A DNA stretch of 64,000 bases from Zootoca vivipara. Taxonomy: Eukaryota. This document shows positions 40,901 to 52,900 of this stretch, in pieces. The translations under genes were made by a program, and so were the position numbers. Position 1 is the stretch's first letter. Each line of letters opens with the position of its first letter. The stretch is taken from assembly GCF_963506605.1 (NCBI RefSeq), contig NC_083292.1, positions 38,316,001 to 38,380,000 on the forward strand. Direction: 5' to 3'. The notes below the pieces were generated by a model. The model searched no databases. It saw only the letters and a list, made by a program, of their open reading frames with translations, and was not told the DNA's origin.

Positions 40901-43900
40901 AAGCTCTTGAACAAAAGGCTTTGTTAGGTTTGAGGCCGAGATAACCACTCCTCTGCTGTCACACGGTCTTCCCCAACCTGCTGCTCCCTCCAGTCATTTG
41001 AGATTAATGTCTCTCGGAAACCCCCAAAGCAACTGGAAATGCACTGAGTTGCACTGGTTTAATGGCTGATCTAAGGAGCCTCCGAGGGGAAGGAGCAGCT
41101 CACAGGATCCAGGGCCTGGACCTCACAATAATAATATAATAATAATTTATTATTTATACCCCGCCCATCTGGCTGGGCTTCCCCTGCCACAAGCATCTGC
41201 CTCCACCCCCCCCAATGGCTCCTATGGGTTAGAAGTATCAATCCCTCCACCCCAAGCATCTAAATCTTTTGGGGATTGCATGCACCTCTTCAGAACTCAG
41301 AGCAGTTTAGCTTCAGAGACCTGCTTCTGAAACATAACTGATCTGGCATATGGCAGCTTCCTTGGAGATAACAGATGCAGGAGGAAAAATGAAGACTGTG
41401 GCACATGAACTCTCCGGGGGCCCCATTTCAAAGGCGAGTGGTTGAGGTGCTGCCAACCCCAACCCCCATGAAATTTAGAGCTCCAACCTGTTCTCTAGGA
41501 CAGCTACAGCCCACTTTTCTCATCAGCATGAAATGTTGCACGAAGTTAATCAAATATGCAGGTGTCCTTCATCTGCATAATTCAGTGCAGGCAACAAAAC
41601 CAGGCTCTTCTCAAAGGGACTCAGATCATGCTCCTTGCCTGGTTGGCTAGGCACCCCCATTCCAAAGCAGCCAGAGACTTACTGGTCATCTGTTTCAATA
41701 GTGCCACCTCGCCGGGCTTCCCCTTGGATGGCCTCCATTGCTGTGGAGTACAGGGCCTTCTGGGGTGCTGGCCGCCGTGTGTCCGCCACGGCCACCCCAT
41801 CTGCCACGGCACGCTCCCGCTGAGCCAGGTCGATGTTGTGGACTGCCACGAGCAAGCTGTAGTCCATGATTTTGAAGCTCTGCAAAACCTGAAGTATCAA
41901 AAGCACACAAAAGCAAAATGCTGCCGGTATGTTCTAAAAACCAGGATCTAACTAGATCGAGGTATGGGGAACTTGTGGCCCACCCCTCTCCATGGGAGCT
42001 AGAATCCAGCTAGATTTGGAAAGCATCAAGTTTCCTTCCCCTGAGCTAGCAAAGGGGAGTCTGTGTTATGTTGTTTGTTCCTAGTTTGTTTTTAGTACAG
42101 TGGAACCTCGGTTTTCAAACATAATCCATTCCAGAAGACCATTCGACTTGCGAAACATTCAGAAACCTAGGATCAAGGGGGAAGGAGGGAAGTCAAAGCT
42201 CGGCAGAGCAAAGAAAACTGTAATGATTGATAAGATGTTAAGAAGAAATTTTTTGTGTTTACTATGTTTATTATGTGTTGCTGTGTTTGTGATTGTATGT
42301 GTGGTTTGTTTTTGTTTAAATGTGTTTAATTGGAAAATCTAATAAATTGCTTTTAAAAAAAACCTAGGATCAAGGGGCGGTCAGCAAAATCCATTGACAA
42401 ATGGGAAAGCATGCAGCAGAAGCTGTTAAGACTTCCAAGGCATGTTCGAAAACAGAAGCAATTACTTCTAGGTTTTCGGCATTCGGGTTTTAAATTGTTC
42501 GGCTCCCGAGACGCTCAAAAACTGAGGTTCCACTGTACTCTATTTACATTTGCAAGCTCCACACTTGCTCAGAGGCCCCAGCTGCTGCAACTCAGAGTGT
42601 GAGCAGAAGCTGCCTGGTGACCCCCGAGCCTTGGGTGGAAACAACCTTCCTCCTCCCACATACCAAGCAGTCTCTCTGCAGTGTCTTGCACAAGGCGCTG
42701 TACATGTCAGCGTCCAGGAAGAGGCCGTCGGCAATGTCCTGCATGAAATCCAGGTCCTTGTAGGTGGGGAAGACCTTCTCCCGCTCCTTCTGGGAAGCCC
42801 GGCGCTTGTAGGTGGAGCCTTTCAGGTCGTACTTCTGGTGCATGCGCACGGAGCGGGGCAGCAGGTTGTTCATCACCACAATCCGGATGTTCTTGCCGCC
42901 AGCTTGCACACAGTAGAGGCCGTAGAACTTGGGGAGGAGGGTCCTGGGGTTCTGGTTCAAGTTCTGCAATAGGGGGGGGGGAAACCCAAAGTTCTCATTC
43001 CAAAGTCAAAGGAAAATAAAGATAATAACAAGTTCAGAGCTGGATAGGTCCAAAAAGTCACCCCTCCCAGAATGAAGAGTAGTTTAAGCATCATTATATT
43101 TAATAAAACCTCTCATTCATCGTATGCTGCTTTAAAAACAAAAAACCAGGGAGACAACATCGGATTCTTCTTTCGCGTCCCAAGTCGCCCGGCTCTCCCT
43201 CCCGGCTGACTCACCATGTAGTAACCCGGCAGCAGCTTCTGCAAGAACTCTGCCTCTTTGTGCTGAACTGTTTTGATGATGAACTCGTCGTCACTGGTGA
43301 CGTAGAAGATGGAGCCGCTGGCTCCGGAGTTGGAGAGCTCGATGAGGGGCTCACTGCAAAGGGAGCACTGCGGGGAGAGGAGGCAACAGAAGAAATGGAG
43401 AAGGACATTCTCACAGGCTTCTAGCCTTGCCTCTCTGGACACAATGCCAGAGTTTCGGACAAGGGGCATCCCCAGCCCCACCTGGAGATGTTAGGGATTA
43501 AAACCTGAGTGTTTTTACATGCAAGGCTGAGTTACAGCCCCACAAGAACGAAAGGCAACCGAAAGACATCCCAGTGGCGCTCTTTCTCCAAGCCAGCCCC
43601 CAATGCTCAGGGAGTTGCTTGTTCCTGCTCAATGCCGCTCAAAGTGTATAGAGACTGATCTGGATCACCCCACCAGAGTAACCTCTGTTCTGGCCGTTTT
43701 AAGTACAGCAGTCAGGCTGAAATCTACCCACTCCACCCTGTCGCAACTCATCTCTGTCTGGAGAGAAGATGGGGAATTCCTTTTTAAAAACTATCGGGCA
43801 CCTGCCTCCACTCACCAGGTAGTCATCCGGCCGGATCCCAAACAGTTCACGGAAATAGCGGAAAGCGACAGGAGCGTAGGTTTTGAAGCGGAAATCGTTG

Positions 43901-46900
43901 TAGTGATGGGCTGGGGTGAGGTTGCTGCCTTCACTGGAGATTGAGAGGACAGAGGCAAATGAGCACCATGCTCTTTCTGAGTCGCCGCCATCTGCTAAAA
44001 GCGGCTAGTTCTCAAATCTTCGACCTGCACAGTCACTTTCCGTATCAATGCGTCTATATCTGTGGCTCTGCTATGAAACTGGTACACAGCGCAGAGGATT
44101 CTGGGAAGGCCCTAAGGAGCATCATTGGTCCACACTGGCCCGCTGAGCTAGTGCCTACACTCCTGTGTAAGCTAAAGATGCCCCCAATTATGTGCCACAA
44201 GGACACCAGTCTGTCACTCATGTGGAACCGCTGGTAATCTTTCCAGGGAGGCCATCAGGGTTCCTTGCAAGAGTTTTGCTGAAGACTGCTGAGCTCTGGA
44301 GAAACGGTGTCCCTTAGCATCTGTGTGCCACAAAGTAAAAACATTGGTGGCCCCCCAAAAGTGGGACTCTTCTTCTTCCAGTGGGGTGGGAAACTTGCAC
44401 CCTCGCCCAGACACTCCTGGACTCCAGTGCCCATCATCTTTGACTATAGGTCACACTGGGCCTGGGACCCCTTTTCTTTAACTCTGTGTATAACATTGGG
44501 GTGCAAGTAGCTCTATTCTGTTGTATTTTTGAATCCCCCCTTTTAAAATGGTTTGTTTCTTATATTGTGTTCCGATGGATTTGTTAAAAGGCATTTATTG
44601 TAAGCGGCCCAGAAAATGCTATGAAATGGGGTGAGATTCAAATGCTGTAAATAAACTAATGAGAGATGGAAGCCCAAAACATCTGGATGGCTGCAAGTTC
44701 CTGTGGAGGCTCAAGGCCCCTGTGCCTTAATGTTTTGTCCACAGCATCTGAAATTCTGAGCTACCTTGTCAGCTGGGGTCTTATACTGGGACAGACCATT
44801 GGCCCACCGTGTCCAATGCTGCCTACCCTGACTAGCAGCCACTTTCAGGGAAGGGGCATATTTTATGGAAAGGGCAGTGGCTGAGTGGGAGAGTACCTGC
44901 TTCAATCCCCATGGCATCTGCAAGTAGGGTTGGGGGGGGGGATCCCCTTGGGAAACTCTGGAGTGTTGCTGCCAGTCGGTGTAACTACACTGAGTTAGAT
45001 GGATCAATGGCCTGACTCAACCAGCTTCCTGTTTAAAACATTCCTTTATCCCAAACCATGAGGACTAGAATCTTACTTTATTTTTAGAGGAAAAGTCAGT
45101 GGTAAGATCACTGGTGGCTCCCCAAGTTCAATGCCCAGGTATGGCTGGGGATGTCACCTGCCCGCAACTCAGGAGAACTGCTACCAGTCAGTGTGGACAA
45201 TACTAAGCTAGTCAGACCAGTGGTCTGACTCGGTATTAGGTAGCACCATCTGTTTCCTGGGTCTTGAGCCAAGCAACATGCGTCCTAGAACCTGCTCTCT
45301 GAGATGGAAATGCCAGAGGTTGAAGCTGGGAGTTTCTGCATGCGAAGCACAGACTCTCCCAGGGCTCACTGCTTGGTGCGTGTTTTATTTCTATTGGTTT
45401 TGCCATTTTTAAAAAGTGTCGCTGGACTCCCTTCTCCCATGCCCTGCCTGCTGCCTGCACTCAAGACGGGGACAACTGAAAAACGTAAAAACACTTACCC
45501 CGGGAAGAAGATGCTCTCCACTACGTAGAAATCTTGCATGAGGACATCTCGCTCTGGCTTGGTGCTCAGGCTCCCTACCGTGTGGGTGATCCCAAGCTGG
45601 ATGGCACCTTTGAGGGCTGACGAAGTTGTCTGGAGGGGGAAACAGAGAACCGGCGTTAGTGTCTCCTTTGTGGGATTCCGCAAGACACCTCCAAGCACTT
45701 TCTTTTGGATGCAAGCAAAGAACACCAGCATTCCACCACGCTTTCAAAAACTCCAAATTTTACCCTAACCCTGCTAATTAAAGCATTTTTTTTAAAGGCT
45801 GAAAACTCCTCTGTAGGAGAATGGGAAAGGGAGAATTGTGGACGATAAGGCTATTGATAGTTAAACTGTGGAGAAAAAGAAGGTACAATGGTACCTCAGT
45901 TTAAGAACAGTCCTGTTTAAGAACGAATCAGTTTACGAACTCTGCAAAACCGGAAGTAGTGTCCCGTTTTGAGAACTCTACCTCGGTCCAAGAACGGAAT
46001 CCGAACGGTGGAAGGGCACCAGTGGCGGGAGGCCTCATTAGGGAAAGCGTGTCTCGGTTTAGGAACGGTTTCGGTTTAATAACGGACTTCCAGAACAGAT
46101 TAAGTTTGTAAACCGAGGTACCACTGTACCTTTTATCATATATGGTGGTCATGTAAGGCAATAAAGGCTTTCTGGGAAATGATATACAATGAACTGAAAA
46201 TAAATGTTTAACTTTAAAATAACTTTTGTAAAAAAAAAAAAAGAAAGAGTCCCTACTAGAGAGGAATGGCAACCCAAGCTGTTAAGACTAGGCCAAAATG
46301 GCAAAACTGACTGGAAAGTTCAGGGACCAAGAGGACAAAAACTTCAAGAAAGAATGGGGAAAGTTTATAATTTATTTAGGATACCACTGCACGCAAATGA
46401 AAACATTAGCCAGATTTTAATCTCACTTGTAATTTAACAAATACTATGGACAATATGGATAGATATAAAATATAGCTATGGTCCATGGGGTCACGAAGAG
46501 TCGGACACGACTAAACGACTAAACAACAACAATGAAATAACAAGCAGTTGAAAATGTTGACAATAAGACCCATGGAGGGGATGGGGAGGAAGTCTTGAGA
46601 TTCAGAGAAATCTCTTTATATGGAAATGTATTTCGTATTGTTATAAATTTATATTTGTAAGATCAAATAAAAAACAAATTAAAAAAATTAGTTAAACTGT
46701 GGAAGTCGCTCCCACAGGAAGCAGGGATGGCCACCAACTTGGATGGTTTTAAAAGAAGATTGGACAAATTTAGGGAGGATATGGCAATGGCTACTAGCCA
46801 GGATAGCTCTGCTCGGCCTCCATGGTCAGAGGCACTAATGCTTCTGAATATCCACTGCTGGAAATTGCAGGAGAGAGAGTTGCTCTTGGGCTCTTGCTTG

Positions 46901-49900
46901 AAGGTTTCCTAAAGGAATCTGGTTGGACACTGTGAGAACAGGATGCTGGACTAGATGGGCCACTGGCCTGATTCAGCAGTCTTATTCTTATGAGAACTTC
47001 ACACAACACTGCTGAACTAGAGTTGACCACAAGATGTGGCTGTGCCAGCTACAGTCCAAAACATCTGGAGGGCCCCAGCTTCGGAAAGGCTGCATTGGAG
47101 CTATCCTACCCTTACCAAGGATTGGTGGTGGGAAGGTGCACTGAATTATAAAAGCTGTGCTGCTTACATTTCAGTGCCAAGTGACCCACCAGTTTGCCAT
47201 CTTCCCTTCCCCATCTACGCTGACATTTAAGCTACCTACCAGCTGAAGAAAACACCTATCTCTGAATGGGTACAAACATAAAAGCCTGCTGGATCAGGCC
47301 AATGGCCCATCTAGTCCAGCATCCTGTTCCCTCAGTGGTCAACCAGACCAGATGCCTGTGGGAAACTCATAAGGAGCATTGGAGCACAAGAGCACTCTCC
47401 CGTGCTGTGTTTTCCGGCAACTGGTATTCAGAAGCATTGCTGCCTCCAACTGTGGAGGCAGAGCACAGCCATCCCAGCTAGCAGCCCTCAATAGCCCTCT
47501 CCTCCTCCATGAATTTGTTTAATCCTCTTTTAAAGCATCTGCTGTAAGCAATCACTTCCTCCTGTGGGAGTGAATTTCATAGTACAACTACAGTCTGCAG
47601 AAGCTTCTGCTGCAATAAATCAGCCTTTCAAGAAAGGTTCCACAAGACTTTCTGTTACATTTTTAAATAGGCAGTTTAGTCTGCAAAATAATAAAAGAAA
47701 TCCAGCCGGATCAGAACATGGCAACAGGCTTTTGCTCGGCGGAGCTTTATAATGCATGCAGAACATTGGTGCTGAAAAGAACTGCGCTGGCTGCCAGTTA
47801 GTTACTAGGCCAAGTTCAAGGTGCTCATTCTGGTATTTTAATTGAGATTTTATGGCTGCGTTTTGGCTTTCCTTAAAAGAAAAAGCAATATACACATCCT
47901 TTTGATATAAAATAAAATAAATCTGCCTTGGAAAATCTGCTGGAACCTCATGACGCAAGCCGTCCCTGACCCCCCCCCCCAAGCTGCTGCATTAAAGCAA
48001 AATCCAGGTAAATATATATCTGCTACTGCCAGGCCCAGATCAGATCACCGCTTATCTTCCAAATGGCTCCAGGCGTCTTCGTCTGCAAGAAGCGCTTACG
48101 TACTATACTTTTATCTGGCTTTTTGGACAATTATCTCCTCCAACTGTGGCATGCAAATATTTAACAAGAGAAGGAGAGGGTGGTGATGTCCTGGCATTAG
48201 GCTTACACACATAGAAACAAACCAACAAGGAGGCAAGATGAAAAGGGGGCAGGGAGTGGAAGAAAAGGCCCTTGAGAAGGTAATCGACACCTCTTGGCCA
48301 GGGCTACCGGTACCAATTTGCTAGGAAAGATATAGGTAGCTGTGTTAGAGGAAATGTCAAAATCACAATAAGGTGATTTATCCTCTTTATTTGGATGGAC
48401 TAACAATTGTGAGCAAACTTTCGAGGTATCGAAATTCTTCTTCAGGCAGAACGTTAAGCAAAAGGTGGGAGACAGGATAGAAAGAAAAGGCTGAACAGTC
48501 CCAAAGAATGTTGTTGGTGAGACATTTAAGATGGAACATGGGAGATACTAAGCAGACTTCAGATTATCTTTCTTGGGGTGCAGTTTGTCTGAATCAAGGC
48601 TCATAGCTAAACTCGCCCCTCACTGACTATGGGCTAGTAAGTCAGTGTGTTGCTTAACTGCAGCTCCCATCAGTCCCAGCGAGTAGGGTCAATGGTGAGG
48701 GATCATGATGGGAGTTGTAGTTCAGCAACATTCAGGGGCCAAAGGCTCCTTCCCCATGCCTGACTTAAGTTAGAGCCATGCAGAACGTTGATGGGGACAG
48801 GAGAGGCAAATGGTGGAACACCACAAATCAACAACCAGTTTTGAATGCGGTGAAACAGAGGAATTCACAAAAGGGAGAAACAAGATAAATCTGTGTATGT
48901 TGCAGGACCGAGGAGAAAAAGTAAGCACCAGCTCTATTCAAAACACATGGTCGTCTGCGGGAATGGGTGCGCCCAGGCAAGCCTGCTGCATGGTGCCCAA
49001 TATTATTCATTGTTTTTTATCGAGCCTGTCGGAGAATGTGATGGAAGGACGCACCCCGAAAACGGCCTCACTGGATTCAAGTTCCGTCTCGTTTGGCAAT
49101 TTATTTCTAATACCAGCCAGGCTGTGCGTCTCTGGGAAACACACAAGCCAGCCGCAAAGGAGAAAAATCACCTCCCTTTTGCCCTTAGCATCCAGCCTTA
49201 GTAGACTTCCTTTGTACACAGAGGTTCCACTCAGCTACCGTGTTTCCCCTTTTTTAAGACACCGTCTTACAACAATTTTTTCTCAAAAAAACACAGGGTG
49301 GCTTACTTTCGGTGGGATGTCTTATTTTTTACTACCGGTATGGTTTTTATGGTATTACCCCTTATGGCCTCCTCGGCTGGGCCAGACCGCTGACTCAGGG
49401 CACTGCTGGGTGCTTGGCGCTGCAGCAGCCGGTTCCGGGTGGTGGGGCGGCAGGCCTCCTCGGCTGGGCCAGGCGAGGCCGCTGGTTCAGGTGCTCCACC
49501 TGATCGTCTAATAATGCAATGAGCACAGTTGCAAAGAACAATATCCCTGAGCTGCTTTCTCATCCAGGTCCTGCGCTTGGCTCCCAACTGAAGGCACCGC
49601 GCGCAGCGTGGGGAGTTCGCTGGGGCGGAAGGGGCCTCGGGAAACTTGGTTGCCCAGGGAGCGCCCCAACCAAACTCCATGCAACCTTCCCCCCGCCCCC
49701 TGATGCCCCTTTCTGAGCCCTTCCCCTTCCCCAGGGGCGCGGGGGTAGGAAGGGAAAAGGGGAAGCGCGAGCCCTTCCTTGGTGCTTCGGCCTTGAGGAC
49801 TCTCGCCGGGCACCTGTGCTTGGGTCCGCCGGGAGCTGGCCCGCCAGGGCGAGACTTGTTGAGGCCGCCCTCCGGCGTCGCCCCTTCGCTCTGCGCCTGG

Positions 49901-52900
49901 CCCCTCCCGTGGGGCTGGAGCTCGCCCTGGGCTCGCCGGGCAGCGCGCTCGCAGTGCCTCTGCCGCGGTGGCGGCAGCGGCAACAGCGGCTCTTCCTTGC
50001 GCTCTTTCCCAGCTCCCGCAGGCAGAATGGTGGCCATAGCCCAGCAGCCCTCAGCGGGCTGCGGGGCGGGTCCGTAGCTGGTGCGGGGTGGTGTCCTTTG
50101 CTGCGATCGGGAGCCAGAAGCGCCGGGCGTCGCGCCAAGTGTCCGCGCACCCCTCTTACTCTCGCTCTCCATGGATGAGAGAGCAGGGGGCGGCCCCAGG
50201 GTGCCCGGCTCGGAGAGCCCCAACCGGGCTGTGGAGTAGCTGCTGGAGCTCAACAACATTATCGAGAACCAGCAGAAACTGCTGGAGACGCAGCGGCGCC
50301 AGATCAAGGAGCTGGGCTCACTGCTTCTTCCAGGGAGACTTTACAGTGTCTTCATGCGGCAGAGGGGCTGCCCGCCGCCGGGTCTGCTGCCCTCAGGGAG
50401 ACAAGAAACAGGGTCCTCTTAAATGGTGTTTTTAAACGCCATTTTCTTCCCCGTGCTTCCCGCCTCCGCTGCATCGGAGCGCAGCAGAACAGCTGATTGG
50501 AGCCTGGCTTCACAACTAAGCGCACTCCTGCAGTGCCGGCTGCAAGGAGTGACTCTATGAGTGGAGGTGCCTGTGGGGGTTGGTTTCCGCGGTGTGGAAG
50601 TATGGCTTATTTTCGGGGAATGCCTTATATTGCTCAGATGCTTAAAAACCCTGCTATGGCTTACTTAATGACTACGTATTAAAAAGGGGGAAACACGGTA
50701 TCAGGGGTGTTGGCAAGAGTTTGCTATCCTTCACAAATGCATAAGAACCCAAGAAGGGCCCTGCAGCTGAATCCGGCTAAAGGGAGCCCACCTGGTGCAG
50801 CAGCCGGTTCTTGAAGTGGCCAGCCAGATGCCCCGATGGAAAGTCAGTAAGGTGTGCCCGAGTGCAACAGCAACTCTCTCCTCTTGTGGTTCACAGCAAC
50901 AGGCATTCAGAGGCATATTGCTGCCTCCGAGTAGAAGCAGAACATAGCCATGGCAGCTAGTGGCCACTGAGAACTTTCTAAACACCTTCTGAAGCCATCC
51001 AACTTGGCAGCCATACACGTAAGAGGGAATTCCCTTGTTTCGCTATGCCTTACGTAGGGCTCAGAAGAGCCCTACTGGATCAGGTTGAAGGCTTGTCTAG
51101 CTCAGCCTCCTGATCTCACAGTGGCCAAGCGGATGCCTCAAAAGCAGCACAAAAACCTGAGCACGAAAGCGTTCCCCCCACTTGCAATTCCCAGCAGCTG
51201 CCATTTAGAGGTCCCCTGCCCCCTGAGTGGATGCAGAACATAGTATCTGATTGTGCCTGCAGGCAGACATTTATGGACTCTGCAGCAGCTGAAGGAAGGC
51301 CGGTAAACCAAAACTGAATCTTTGACAAGACAGAAACGGTGGGTGGTTCTTGGGTCTGGGAAAATGGGTTTATCCTGCTCTGGCTGGGGCTTCACTTCCC
51401 CAGACAGAGCAGGTATGCAGAGAGCGGGGCCCATCAGGGCAGCTCAATTTGCCCCACAAAGTACTGGCCCATGATGTCATCAGGCAGCACCACTGCAAGA
51501 CAACACTTAAGGAAAAAATGTGCTGGTTTAGGTGGGGTTAGAAGGAGGCAAAACTTCTTCCCTTGGCTGGAAACCCTTTCAAACTCCTACTTTACCCAGG
51601 TTAGACATTTGTCATCTTAAAAGAAAATGAAAACAAGGGGGAAGTTTTCCAGGCTGGATGCTTAGGGGAGATTCCTGCTCGCCACAGGAGACCAGGAAAG
51701 TGGGCCTATTGGCAAGGCTGGTGCCAAACGGTTCTTGAGAGTGTGAGTTTCCTTGCAGGGCTCCTAGCAACAGTACAAGCTGCTTGAGGGGAAATCCCCT
51801 CCTCCTTATTCCTTTCCGCCTTTCCATCCCAATGCAAACTCCCTAAGAGCCAAGATCAGATTTCGAAGATCCCAGTCAAATTGGTGCTGGGGTTTTTCCG
51901 CCTGTCCCAACCCCAGGATGAAAGCAAACCCTGTGACCTCCCTTCGACAGCCATCATTCGTCTCCAATGTCAGACAAAAAAACTTCAGCTTCACTCTTTA
52001 ATCTGCTGAGATAAAGATCCAAGGCAGAGGCAGCTCCACTTTGGAGACTCATCAACACAGAGATAATTGTAAGGTTAGGACTGCTTACCAGTCCTGTTCT
52101 TTGCTGGAGGATTTTTTTTGGGGGGAGGCGGGCACGGTGGGAGAGGAGAAAAGATAACAAGCAGCTCAGTAGCCTTTGCTACTGAACCACAGCAGAGTAG
52201 AATATAGCACTGTGTGCTGCAGAAATCCAAGTCTCAGGAAACTGAAGGCTTTTTAAAACCACCACCACCACTACCACCCAGTTTCTAACTCTTAGGGAGA
52301 CACGCTCAACAGTGGAAACCTCAGAAGCCAGAGAGGGAACTGCTTGGGTTTCTTATGGATCACAAGAAGGGTGTCAAGCTGAGATTGTGCCTGTGCAGAA
52401 TCAGAAGTCTTCCCCCAGCTAGTTCAAAAGTGTGTGGAACTGCCTTTAGAAGTACCTGTGCGACGCTACCTTCAGACCCCTCCTCAAAGCCCACCCTTTC
52501 TGCAAAACCTCTGCCGCAACCTCTTAACCCCACAATCCACTTTAGCCAAGTGCAAGCACATGCAGCTGGAATAATGGCATACCACTGGATTATAGGCTGT
52601 TTATTTGTACAGTGTGGAAAAAGTTCCATGCACATAGATGGTGATATATAAATAAAAATAAAGAGGTTAAATAGGAATGTAAAAAGCTGCCTTATACTGA
52701 GTAGGGCCCTTGGACCATTAGCTCAGTACTGTCTCCACTGACAGGAAGCAGCTCTCCAGGGTTGCAGGAAAGGAGTCTTCCCCAGCCCTGTCTGGAAATG
52801 CCACTGGGGACTGAACCTAGGACCTTCTGCAGATGCTCCACCTAAAAATAAGTAAGATCCTAGTCCTCATGGCTCTGAACAAAGGACTAGTTTTAATAGG

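Noticed and set aside
49303-50307. 334-aa minus-strand ORF
   Set aside because: GC-rich antisense shadow of the captured cargo; low complexity with no recognisable domain. The real homology is on the + strand and is interrupted by a stop.
50171-50315. IQSEC2 processed pseudogene or true IQSEC2 exon 1
   Set aside because: 5'-only fragment with an in-frame stop, no poly(A), no splice donor and no downstream exons, bounded by TIRs; better explained as transposon capture.
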